Shown here: one piece after another, positions 12,975-24,476 of the stretch | Layout: each line of letters starts with the position of its first letter | How positions within the stretch are numbered: position 1 is the first letter of the stretch | Assembly: GCA_965153455.1 (NCBI GenBank) | Contig: OZ234493.1 | Span: 8,918,213 to 8,982,212 of the forward strand | Origin: Sphagnum compactum | Taxonomy: Eukaryota | Length of the DNA: 64,000 nucleotides | Direction of reading: 5' to 3' | Made by a program: the position numbers and the translations under genes | Notes under the pieces: model-generated | Databases searched by the model: none | Told to the model about the DNA's origin: nothing | Seen by the model: only the letters and a program-made list of their open reading frames with translations

Positions 12975-15435
12975 ATGGATGCAAGTGGTAAGGTGAACTA
13001 TTTGTTATGGGGCACGCCTGCAGTTCTGGAGACTGCAGCAGATGTGATGGTATGTCTGGTGCCAATATGGGTGGCAATTACAGTTGGTTTGGTTGTGGGT
13101 TGGTCCTGGAAACCTCAGTGGGCAAGTTTTATTCTTCTGGGGATCAGGAGTAGGCCTCGCCTGTTGTGGCAGGCACCACCTGGACTGGGTGGGCGGCGCT
13201 TTTGGCTAGCAGTGACTGCTGTCTCTGCCTATCCAATACTAAAGGAGGCGTGGACAAAATTTAGAAAGTGGATGTGGCCTCTTGTGCAAGCAGCAGAGTT
13301 CCCTCCCAGCAGTGATCTATCTGTTCCATCAAGGTAAAGGGCAAAATGATTCCATGGAAGGTGCAGGTCTATGTATGTCAGCAGTTTTCTGCATTTAGAT
13401 GGTGGAAAGTCTGTTTTTTCAGTGGACTAAGACCAGGCAATGGTGTGGTACTGTAGTCAGTATGAAGTGACAGATAACAAGAAGAAGACATTAATAACAG
13501 ATGAAGACTTGAGCTTGTTCATGAAACGATTGGATGAGACTGATGGAGGTCCAGCGTGGCAGCTGATGATGGATCGTTCAGCCACCAACATGAATTATCA
13601 AGCCTGGCGACGTGACCCTGAGGTAAGCTTTGATGAATCTGCTCTTGAGATGTTTGCATTCTGTGTACCTGAAATTTAAGCCATGGTAATCTATGGCTAG
13701 CAATGATATGGTTTGGCACAGGTCTGTGAGTTGTGGGACATGTGGTCTGCCAGACCTCAAGAAGCAGGAATGTTGAAAATGCATAAGGATATGGCTCTAT
13801 TTGTAGAATTCCAGGGATGTGCACCAATGTTTCCACATTCCCAAACAATTATTAATTCTCATTCAATCTCCAGAACTCTCAACATGGCAGAATTCTTTTG
13901 GAATGAATCTCCTGAGGTACTATGATAATGTCTTTGGTGGTTGTAGGGTAGGCTATCTTGCATTGGATTCATGAGAAGTAAGACATCTTTGAGTAGGGGA
14001 GATAAGCGAGTCTGACTGATGAAGTTTGATTTGACTGTACCCTGGTGTTTGTCACTGTGTCAATGGTTTTAGATGGGTCCTACAGAGTATCGAAGCCGAA
14101 CAGTGTTGGAGGATGTGACTCCAACAATTGTGCGTGACTTCTTCTGGGATGATGAATTCAGGAGAGTATGGGATGACATGCTTATCTACACCAAAACATG
14201 GGAAGAGTGCAAAGACACTGGTTTCATGATCACTCAGTGGGTCAGGAAGGTGTATTTTATTTCCTTCTCTTGGCTTTAGCTTGAGGTTTGTGTGGTTGGT
14301 TTGTGAGCTGCCATTGTCAAGTCCTTACAGCAACAGACACATATGTATGAATCTGTATGTTTTGAGTATAGAGCATTCGGTTTTGAGAGGTGTGTCTTTT
14401 GTAGGGTCATGGTGCACTATGGGATGGATTGACATGGCCGATGGTAGCTGAATTGACATGACAGAGCAGTTTAATTATCTGTAATTTTCCCCATGTTGGT
14501 ATTATGTGGTTACATGATAAATTGGGTTGAATCTGCAGTACCCCTTCTTCTGTAAGGATCGAGAGTACATTCTTGGTCGACGCATATGGGAGTCTAATAA
14601 CACCTACTACTGCATAACACAGGTAAGAATTTCCAAATTTTTGTGAATTGATCTTTGAAACACTTGTGTTCGTAAACGGTATACTGCATGGTATGATGGG
14701 AATGCACAAATTGGCCTGAAGCTTTTAACGACATGTTTATTGCAGGGAGTGCCATATCCTGCAGTGCCACCACAGCACTCACCAAGGAGGGTGGATATCT
14801 TCTTCTCAAGTTGGCGCATTCGAGCAAGTAAGAGTTTGGAAGACTTGCTTGTCCGTCAATCTATTTATTGGCAACTCTCTGGTCTGGTGTGTGGAGTACA
14901 TCGAATGATTGCAGAAGCAAGAAATAGTGCACACTGTAAGTTATGACTGTTTTCCAGGGCTCACTTGTTATGGTGGTGTTAATATGTGAAAGCAGTTGAA
15001 TCAGCCAAGAGAGATGGACAATTCGCGGCTTGTGAAGTAATGCTATACCACCATGAAGAGATGGGAATTCAGCGTGACCTTGCCAAGCTAGGTGTGCGCC
15101 AGGGGATGTGGGGATGTGTTAAGAAAATTGAGCCAGGTATCAGAATCTATCAAGCTGCCCAGAGACAAAAACCTCTTTCCAAATGTGCAATGATGGCACA
15201 CATTACTAGTAAGGTGCCAGCTGCTCTACTAAATGAACACAAGGTAATGACAACCAGCGACTGCAGCACCTCTGTCATACAGAAGGAGAAACATAAATGG
15301 AGGCATGGTTATTTGCGTTGGATGATATTGGGAGGTGCAGTGGCCCTTGCATGTGGAGTTGACAGGGGTGCAGTTGGCAAGTTCCTTGTGTTTGGGGTTG
15401 CAAGACGCTTGGGCAGAATTGGGCGAAAGTTGTAA
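12975..15435 (+). CDS. Membrane-anchored START-domain (polyketide cyclase/lipid transport superfamily) protein; 6 coding exons
   Basis: Exons 12975-13333, 13457-13622, 14073-14249, 14539-14622, 14746-14827 and 14996-15435, with GT-AG borders and consistent phase. N-terminal TM (CLVPIWVAITVGLVVGWSWKP). Plant START motifs YQAWRRDPE, EYRSRTVLED, RDFFWDDEFR..WD, YPFFCKDREY and HEEMGI..LAKLGVRQGMWGCVKKI. C-terminal hydrophobic tail. Confidence 0.92.
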
Positions 15436-16982
15436 CATAATGACATTTTCCATTGAGTTTTCCTCCCAATTGAGTGAAAGGGCACTTCAACAATTCTATC
15501 ACTGTTGAGCTTTTTAGCTAACTTGTGCTTGAGTATGTACTTATACTTAGCTTCTCAATTTTTAGGTTAGGTCCTAGGGTGTTATAGCTGTGGCCTGCTT
15601 CCTTTTTCATCTTTTTAACTGTGATGCTAAAGAGTGTCCACTCTATTTTTTGATATGTGAACATAATTTAGGCCAGCCTGTTGGTCTTACAAGTCTCTAG
15701 CAAATTAATGTAGTGCTGAAAACTTTTAGTATGTTTGCTGAATTTGTGAAGAGTTCAGCAGAGGTTATTCAGTGGTTTTGTCTTTGTTGTAGTAAAGTGT
15801 TGCTGCTGGCTGGCTGTTGTAATGAACCAATCAACCTCCACTGGTGAGTTGGGCTGGTGTTGTAGTGCAGTCTGGAGGTGACAGCAGTATGGAGATGGTA
15901 TATTGACTGTAGGAACAAGAGAGTGAGTTGGGGTAAAGCAAAGTGTAAACTGATTACTAGATAAGCTCTGTGTGAGACTGGAAGTGATTGACAATTCAGA
16001 ATACAGACTTGTGTTCTATGGAAGACTTTTTGCATTGGAAGGGGTTTCAGTTGATGTTTTTTTGTTTGTAAAAGAGTGGACAGCAGAATGCAGAACATAG
16101 TCATTGCTTAATGGTAACTTGTGTACTTTGATCCCATGCTTTACACCAATCCAAGATTGACGTTCACCTCTGCAAGATCCTGATGGTAGATTGCCACTTT
16201 TGCTTGTTGACAAGGCAACCCAATTCTGTGCCATGTTGCTGAGCAGGGAACATCCTTCTTTCGGCATCCAGATTTATACCTGGAGGGATGATGAGGTCCA
16301 TTGAGGAAATATTTCCATTAGTGTCAGCTTTTGTGGAATCGAGTTCCTGTGCAGGTGCCTATCATCTGTTTAGAGGTCTCTGCATTCCCTTCACATTGCG
16401 CATCTATTTTTGCAGCAGATTTCATCATTTTCACTCATCAGCAAGGAGGATAAGGCACCATCCTAATAATTCAAGAATAGTCTCAGAGCATTCATAATTC
16501 ACACCGTCATTGTTGCTGCCACTGACATCTACAGCAAGGCCATGATTTGGTGGAATGAACCGCCAATACCCGGCTCATGGTGAGTTCTCTGCAAAGTAAT
16601 TGCATGATGGCAGATGTGCTTGTTGGAGAAGTGCCCAATGCTCCTTTTCTCAACACCGAGTTTAAAAAAGATCCCAAATGGTCTGCCTCAGCAGATTGTG
16701 AAGCTCCCCTAGGACATGGAACTCCAGTGAGCAACGGCGCAAACTACTAGCTTCATGAGTCTGGCCTCATTACGTGGTTGTTGAACACCTATAAATTGAA
16801 CTGCACATTTCTGATGACAAGTTTAGTCAGGAGTTCAATCATATACAACCTTCCTCCTAATTGTCAATTTCTTCAAGCAGAGTTGATTCTCAAATAGGCC
16901 AGTAGTCCAAAGAGATACACCAAGGTGAGCTCTTGGTGGTGGGTAAAGCCCCAGGACAGGTACATACTTCACCGAAATTTTA

Positions 16983-17204
16983 AGGTGCATTCACACCTAA
17001 TGTTAAGTCAGTGTTAAAGTGAAAATCTAGGTGGCATCTTAGGTGGCAGCCAATGTGATTCAAATGGGTGATTGTTTAATATTAAGTGAATGTTAACTTT
17101 AACATAAAATCTTCAATGTAAATAGGTTTAGGTCCGAAATGACTAGCTTGGTGTTAGGGTTAGACTTAATATTAGAATCCTTAACACCAAGTGTGAATGC
17201 ACCT
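16983..17204. mobile_element. Tourist-like (PIF/Harbinger) MITE, 222 bp
   Basis: TIR AGGTGCATTCACACCTAATGTTAAG versus the reverse complement of the right end, AGGTGCATTCACACTTGGTGTTAAG (22/25). TTA on both sides (16980-16982, 17205-17207). Confidence 0.85.
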
Positions 17205-17287
17205 TTAAGGGACCCTGAGGGAGTCCCATAAACATAGTCAAATCATATTTATTGATTGCTCCCTGATCGGTGAGAAAGCTTGATTGG

Positions 17288-17319
17288 TCCAGGTGGTTTG
17301 CTATTAGTAGTCTCCCACC
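17288..17319 (+). repeat. Dispersed repeat core; identical copy at 58764-58795
   Basis: 32-bp perfect match TCCAGGTGGTTTGCTATTAGTAGTCTCCCACC. Both copies have TTGCTCCCTG a short distance upstream. Confidence 0.85.
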
Positions 17320-17573
17320 TATTTGGAGTCCCCCGGTTTTGGTTTCTGAAAATGCTCCCCCATTTTTTTTTTTGCCCTTTTAAACTTGTAACCCCTGACG
17401 GGTATCATCATAGGACAAAAAACCAAAAAAAAGAAAACAAAGGGGTGTGTCACACTTTGGCCTTGCTATTTAGATTCAAAAGTATCTTGAGGCAAAAGAA
17501 GAATTATCATGAAAATCCAAATATTTCACCATGCAAAAATATAATCTTCAATAAACTCCTCTAAAAGAAACCA

Positions 17574-17953
17574 AAATTGAATCCTTGAATTGGACCTTTC
17601 TTCACATTAAAATAAATAAATAAATATATAACTTAAAAATTTAAGGTTCAATATAAATAACCTGCAAATTTGCTGTCGAATTCCCTGGATAAATTTTAAT
17701 GGAAGGTCGGGGAACCAAACCATGGTCAAGTAGCGAGGTCCAAAATCTCAGGGCCCCACGAATTTGACACAAATTGAATCCTTGAATTGGACCTTTCTTC
17801 ACATTGAAAAAAAAAACTTTAATAAATAAATAAATAAATAAATAAATATATAAATTTTTAAGGTTCAATATAAATAACCTGCAAAAAATTTGCTGTCGAA
17901 TTCCCTGGATAAATTTTAATGGAAGGTCAGGGAACCAAACCATGGTCAAGTAG
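17574..17953. repeat. Near-identical tandem duplication (17574-17733 and 17771-17953) just upstream of the lumen-protein gene
   Basis: Both copies read AAATTGAATCCTTGAATTGGACCTTTCTTCACATT...GAATTCCCTGGATAAATTTTAATGGAAGGTC.GGGAACCAAACCATGGTCAAGTAG. They differ mainly in an (AAAT)n/poly-A tract. Confidence 0.9.
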
Positions 17954-18089
17954 GGGTTAAGTATGTGCAGTGCTTTGAGACCTCAGTTTGGATAAGTTAG
18001 CTCTCTGCTGCTCTGTGGTGCAACATGGGTGTGTGTGCAGCAGTTTGCAGTTGTTTGCGGTTGCAGTAAGTGAGCCGACGACGAGAGCC

Positions 18090-20490
18090 ATGGCGGTGGC
18101 ATGCCTCACACTGGCCTGCTGCGTTAGGCCCTCGCCTGCACTACTACTCTCCTCACATTCTTCTTCATCATCGGCTGCCTCAGCAGATTCGTCTGCTGTC
18201 ACTACTACCTTGGTGGGAAGCTTACACACCACCACGGGTGTTGTTGTCTCGGATAGCAACAGTGACGTCGGAGGGGGAGGTGGAGAAGGAGGACAGGCGG
18301 AGGAGAGTGTGGGAGTCGCAAGAGGAGGAGCAGGAGGAGGAGGAGATTATGCAGGAGGACAAGGGTTACATGATTGGACGCGGAGGAGGAGAGGCGTCAT
18401 CTCGGCGGCGGCGCTGGCGATGCTTTCCGCCTTCTGTTCCAACTGTCCTTCACACGCCTTCAGCCTTGGAATCTGTAAGGTCGGAACTCATTCTATGTGC
18501 TTTGTATTTCCTTTCATTTTAATTTTTTTTTTTTTTCGGGTATGTTGGCTGTTCTCTTCCTCTTTCGATTTGAGGTTTTCGGGTATGGTTACTACGGAGT
18601 CCGAGCCGGAGCCGATCGCAGTCTGATTTTCAACGGGGATTGTAGGATGCAGAAGTTCAAATGCATCGAAATTTGCACGCAAGGGTTGTGAGGAAGTGTT
18701 CTGTGTACGGGAGTTGTATTGTGTTCTGAAGTTGCGTCTTTCTGCGGTCATGAACAGCTGGACCAAAGGAATGGCTAAAGGGACAGAAGCAGAAGACAGC
18801 CAAATTCTTGTTTGCACCTATTAATGCCTCCCGTGACCGCCTCGACTCTGCCCTGCTCCTTCTCTGTGAGTATAGGTGGACACTAAACTGATTGGTTTGT
18901 CATTGAAGTTATTCTTAAAATAACCCTGTCTTTGTCCCCTCTTACATTCTGAAATCCTGCTTCATCCCTAAATGTTGGTTATCCACAAAAGAAAGCAAAC
19001 TGAAGGCAAAGAGCAACCGTTTTTTCACGAAGGGGCATTTATTGCACAGCATTCATAGCAGTGACAACAAAAAGGAAAGCGAAATCAAAACTCAAGCTGA
19101 AATTTATTTTATCACCAACCTAGGGGAAAAAGGAGTTCCAGGCACTGTTTATTACTTCTTTTTTACTGTCAGGTGTTGATCTTAGCCCCCTCAATGGGAA
19201 AACTGCTGCTCTTCACCTTGAGTCCTCTTCTTTTTGCAAATATCTTTAATATCTGGGAAATATGCTGGAGAATTTGTCCTAGGGTTACTACTTGATCACT
19301 ATGGGGTTTCATGGAGTTTTTTTAAATGGATCTTTTCCCATGCTTTCTAATTTTAGGGCTGATGTTTATACAATCCAGCTGGAGCTGATGGTTCTTCATT
19401 TGGGGACTATGAGGAGGCAGGAAGACTAGTAAAGGTGGCTGCCCGAGATTGTATGCCTGCTCAACCAGGTTCTATTACTGAAATCCAGACTCGAACTGGT
19501 GTTGAGGTATCTAACTTTAGCCCTTTTGCCTTACCAGCCTATTTATTTTCATCTGAAATACAACCCAGAAATTTCATTTATCTGTCAGTTCCTTATCCTT
19601 TGCTGCTCATGTGATTTTTCCTGTAGTAGAATGGAGTCTGCAGTGTTACATTTGCTCCACACCTGTTCTCATGACTGGAATTTGCTGGGCCATTCAATAA
19701 AATTTGCAGGTGTGCACATTTCGATTGGTTCTAAAGAATGCTGCTTCATTGCTGGATAAAGACGATCCTTTGAAGGTGAATGCAGATGCTGCCTTGGATG
19801 CATTGATCAGGTCCACTTTTCCCTTCTCTTTTTGGTGAACTTTGATTTTAGAGTTTCTATTCAGAGCTTGGTCAAGTATGGTTCAGAGAAAGTGGAATTT
19901 ATTTCCTTCAATATGAAGTTCTGTTGATCAAACACATTGAAATACAACTTGATGCAGGGTTATAGCTAATGGTCTTTACATCTGGTACAGCAGAGTAGAA
20001 GATAAGATAGACAGCACACTTCCTAACATACAAACAGTTCTAGATACAACGAGTAGTATCAACAGCATTTGGAGCCATTTCATTTGCATTAACATGACAT
20101 GGAGGATGTGCTGTAGTGAATTTTGTTGAGAGGGAACCATGTCCAAGGGAATCTGCAAGTAAGAAAGATTGTGGGTGCAGGTCATTTGTGGCATTGGACA
20201 GGCTTCTAGCAGATGGGGCAGCTGGTGCTACTTCTAGGAGGTATGTGCTGAACCAACCCTCTGAACTTTGTGCATCCTCTGAGGTTTCTTTTACAAACTT
20301 CAAATTATGTGAATGTCTGGAAACTCTGTAGGGCTTCTGGAATATATGAGCAGGTCTTCAATTTTTAGGCAGTTGGAGTGATCAACATGTTGTATTGTGA
20401 AGGGAGAACGTGATGGGTGCACTGAAGGAGACAACAGTGGCTCTTGATTCTTTTGAAAGAGGGGTGCGAAACTGTCTTGGAATTGCATGA
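18090..20490 (+). CDS. Uncharacterised chloroplast thylakoid-lumen protein (Tat signal), At2g36145-like; 6 exons
   Basis: Exons 18090-18474, 18758-18865, 19379-19506, 19710-19810, 20181-20240 and 20403-20490 join in frame. Ser-rich transit peptide, then an RRRRGVISAAALAML..SHA twin-arginine signal. Mature part FSLGISGPKEWLKGQKQKTAKFLFAPINASR..AARDCMP..TGVEVCTFRLVLKNAASLLDKDDPLK..LDSFERGVRNCLGIA*. The family match is from memory. Confidence 0.85.
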
Positions 20491-22280
20491 TCTGTTGAAG
20501 TTGTTGAGGCAGAGTTTATGTATTGAAAAGTCCCAGTACAACTTATATGTTGGTTGCACAAGTTTGTATGTAGGTTTGAAGGTTTGATGTGAGGTGCATG
20601 TGGACATGGAATGCTTTGCTATTTTGAAGCCATTTTGGGGGGGGGGTTCCCTAAAGTCTGTTTCATTCTTTTTGATAGATTAGTCTGTTCCCTTCTTTTT
20701 GATACAGTAGATCATCAGTGTAGATGTCATTCACAGTGCTAGAATTTGGCATCCTTGCCAATGATGTATTTTTCCCTCTTTGTTCTTTTTTATTTCCTGA
20801 ATGCAAGGAAACTAGCTCAGCCTGTCAATTCAGTGTACATTTGACATCAGAGGGTATTGGAATTGCTAATGCAGAATGCATGTCCTGATTGACCTGTTTG
20901 ATAGAAGTTGTCAGATGCTAGTGTTCTAGCTTGAAAGATATCACTCAGTGCTGTTCCTTTGCTGTTCTTTTATTCTACTGTATGACATTAGGTGGGTATT
21001 TAAAGTATCCATATCTTCATCTGTGTAGTAAAGTTTCTAATTTGAGTCACGGCTTCATTGGCTTTCACAATGGACATGTCTTTGTCACATTCTGCGAGCC
21101 ATTTTCCCTTAAGCATTTTCATAACCATTCAGTCTTCACACCCTTCTCCTTTCTGATACAAGCCTCTGTTGTGGCCTCCTTTGGTTCCTACTCCCTCAAC
21201 AAGTCCTTGATGTTGAACTTCATTGCTATTTCCTCCTCCAGTTGTACGCACATCCTTTTCTGTCTGATTTAAGCTAATGTTCCTGCTGGCCTTAGTGATT
21301 CACTTTTCAGAAGCCCATTTCTTATTGTCAAGTTGAAGTCTGGGAGTTTGCGCCCCAGTAGCCTACTTGTAGGATACATGGGATAAACTTCCGTCTGACA
21401 TGTCTTCTTGCAAATCCTCGAACATATATGACTTGACAATAGCTTCTTGGGCAAACAAAAGCTGTGATATTTATACGAATTTGTATAGTCTTATTGGTTT
21501 GTCAAAATGTGCATGAGTTCATGTCTAATGGATTACATATGTCAAATTACAAAGAGGAAGCACATTGTTTAGGCAACATTTTTAGGCTTGCAATTTTGAT
21601 CCTTTCCAAATGTCCACATGCAAATCTATAGTGTATTCATCAACTGGAATAACCGCATCAGTACTCTACATACATGGACATGCATGTTATTTCAAACTTC
21701 TAAGAATCAACTGAATGAGAATTGGTGCCCCTGGTCCTGAAGTGGATGGAAATTGAGGTCCTGAAGTGGATGACAATATTGATGAGAGAGAGAGAGTCTA
21801 GGTTGACGAACCCATTTGGTCTCACTGTCAGATCTCTAAAGTGGATGAAGAGCATCCTGGAAAGGCGGTTAGTTAGTGATGGGAAGGAAGGAAAGTGCTG
21901 TGGGGGTGAAAATGGGCGTTGCATCCTTTTGTTTCTGGAGTGGATGAACGGCATCTTCCCGAAGGCGGTTTGTGGGGATGAGAACGAAGGCGGTTTCGGG
22001 CGAACTAGGCGAAGGAAGGGATCGCAAGCGATGTGGGTGAAGCCGCTGTACTGGTCTTTTTGTTGCCTGCTGCTGCTAACTGCTCCCCGCAATCTCATTG
22101 TTCCTTTTGTCTCCACACTTTCAGAGCGATAGTAAGAGGGAAATTGGAGAATTCACAAAAATTAACATACAAGCAAAGCTGATACGTTCAGTACAGAAAG
22201 TGCTCCAAAAATTATGAGAATCATTACTGTGGTTGGGATTTCGAATTGAAGACGTGAGCTCCAAACGTGAGCTCCTAAGT

Positions 22281-22305
22281 TGTGTGTGTGTGTGTGTGTG
22301 TGTGT
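22281..22305. repeat. (GT)n microsatellite
   Basis: TGTGTG... run. Other SSRs: (AT)n about 23134-23158, (AC)n about 30419-30447, (AG)n about 44824-44849. Confidence 0.9.
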
Positions 22306-23127
22306 GGGTGTCTGTGGAGGAGTTGAAATTCAATTCTAGGCTTGACAGCAGGTACTATGTTGATAAATATCCAAGCACTAGAATTCTCTTCACACAAGTG
22401 TGTAATTTGATGTGATGGGATATGCATGTTTGTTGATTTAGTTTTTAGGGCTTTGAAATTTATTTTTTGTAGTGGACTGAATTTAAAAAATAATTAGCTT
22501 CCTCATGGAATACTTGGAAGTCTGTATATAAGTATTACGTATGTGAGGATTGAATCATATTGGATATTGCCTTTGATGAAGATAAAAGGACAATTTATGC
22601 ACGTAATTTAGTACTAGACTTCCATTTCATGATAGAAAGAGTATTTAACAAAAAAAGAAGAAGGATATAAAATAAACTATTAGCCCACCCAATAACTTGG
22701 CTTCAAAACATTTGAGACAGTGTTATGTGGATTGAAAGTTCATTCAAATCCAAAAGACAGCAAAGGATGTCGTCTCCATGTATGCAAAATGCATCAACAA
22801 CAATGCATTCCCCTAGAGTTGTCAAGTAAGAAATCCTCTCAAGTTTATTACATTAACATGTGAAATATTGTCTATGAGTGAGAATGTTACTTCCACCTCA
22901 CATTGGCCTCACATGTTGTTGATGACATGCACACACAGTTTTGATCCAATTGTTTACTTGACGACCCAAAAAAATTCTCCCACATAAAACACTGTGGTGT
23001 TGAACTTGCCTCGTCCAATTAAGATCTTGGCTTCAAATTGCATGTGAATTCATAATCCAAGTTGAAATGAAAGATAATGTCATCTTGGAATTTCAAAGTA
23101 TTGCAAATGTTGATTCTGCACTATCTG

Positions 23128-23158
<31 letters not shown>

Positions 23159-23558
23159 ATGTGCATGGCTTGCCTACTTGTCACAGTATTTTTTGACATA
23201 TGATGAAGTAATAATATGCACTTTGATCTTGATGAACGTTTTTAGGTGTTCCTTTTGAGCTTCATTGATGGAAAATATAGAAATGAACATTTGTTTACAC
23301 ATGCGACAAAAGCAATAACTCAATCAAACAATGCATGAAACCTAAATATGCTTCCTTGCAGATTGGACACATGTAGAAGAGAGCAACTGAATTGCTTAAG
23401 TATTCACATTCATATTGTCATATCACACCCATAATACTCAAAATAACCATCCAACAACAACATCTTGAAAAGATGTGATGCACAATAAAACTTCTATAAC
23501 ACATTATTAAACAATGGTTAACAGTAAAGTCTTATAAAATGAAAGATCTGAAATATTT

Positions 23559-24476
23559 TTGCCCAAAGATTTGATTAACACAATCTTGCCACAATGCAGC
23601 AAAACAAATTTCAACATCAGATCCACAATCCTTAATGCCTATATATTTGTCTTTTGGGCAACATACTGGATAAGCATAGTAAGATGTTCAGATGTTGTGA
23701 ATGTACATGATGGTTCGATTCGATCTGAAGGGTGGCACTTCAACAACAAGATTGAAACATTTGCCAATGCAACCAATACAACTACTACTGCAGCACCAAA
23801 AGTTTCAAGCAGTGCGGTGACCCTTATTGATGGGGACTTTGAAGCAATGAATTTGACTGGAGTCACAAACGTTACAATGAGTTTTGATAATACTACGGCT
23901 GCCCTTGTAAACTGGGTTGTTGGCAATGTTATACAAGTTCTTCCCGGTAACATGTATCAGCAATCTCCAAAATGGCCAGGTTCATATTGTGTGCACTTGA
24001 ACAATCCTAATTCCACAACTGGAAGTACTTCTGGTTCTATTACAACCACATTGGCCATCAATCCTGCGTCAGGAAAAGTATTCACGGTTCAATTTGATAT
24101 AGCCAAACATCCAGACTCTCCAGTAAATTCAGAGTCTGTGATCAAGATCTCTTCTATTTCAGGAGCCACAGTCAACGGGTTTGGTCTTAATAAGCCAATA
24201 TACAACACCACGGACACCAGGATGTCGATTTCATGGTCAACCCAAAGCTTCATCTACACAGGCACAGGTGTTGCAACCAACATCAAAATCGAAAGTATGT
24301 CGGAAAAGTATGGATCCCTTGTTGACAATATCAAAATCCTAACTGGAAAGCATGCCCTTAGCACTGGTACCCATTTTGCAGAACTGCACCTATGGCAAAA
24401 GATCATGCCCATCTTCACTTTTGTGGCAATGTCACTGGCTTTGAGCTACCCTTCTTTTGGCATTGCTAGTTTGTAA
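23559..24476 (+). CDS. Intronless secreted protein with a DUF642-like (galactose-binding-type) domain and hydrophobic C-terminal tail (possible GPI anchor); true start unclear
   Basis: 305-codon open frame. Hydrophobic AYIFVFWATYWISIVRC, a Thr-rich linker, then LIDGDFE, NWVVG, GSYCVHLN, FTVQFDIA, WSTQSFIYTGTG and YGSLVDNIKI, which resemble DUF642 repeat motifs. Many N-x-S/T sites. C-terminal IMPIFTFVAMSLALSYPSFGIASL. The ORF-track start is TTG, and there is no in-frame ATG before the signal-like segment. Confidence 0.65.
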   Translation: MPKDLINTILPQCSKTNFNIRSTILNAYIFVFWATYWISIVRCSDVVNVHDGSIRSEGWHFNNKIETFANATNTTTTAAPKVSSSAVTLIDGDFEAMNLTGVTNVTMSFDNTTAALVNWVVGNVIQVLPGNMYQQSPKWPGSYCVHLNNPNSTTGSTSGSITTTLAINPASGKVFTVQFDIAKHPDSPVNSESVIKISSISGATVNGFGLNKPIYNTTDTRMSISWSTQSFIYTGTGVATNIKIESMSEKYGSLVDNIKILTGKHALSTGTHFAELHLWQKIMPIFTFVAMSLALSYPSFGIASL

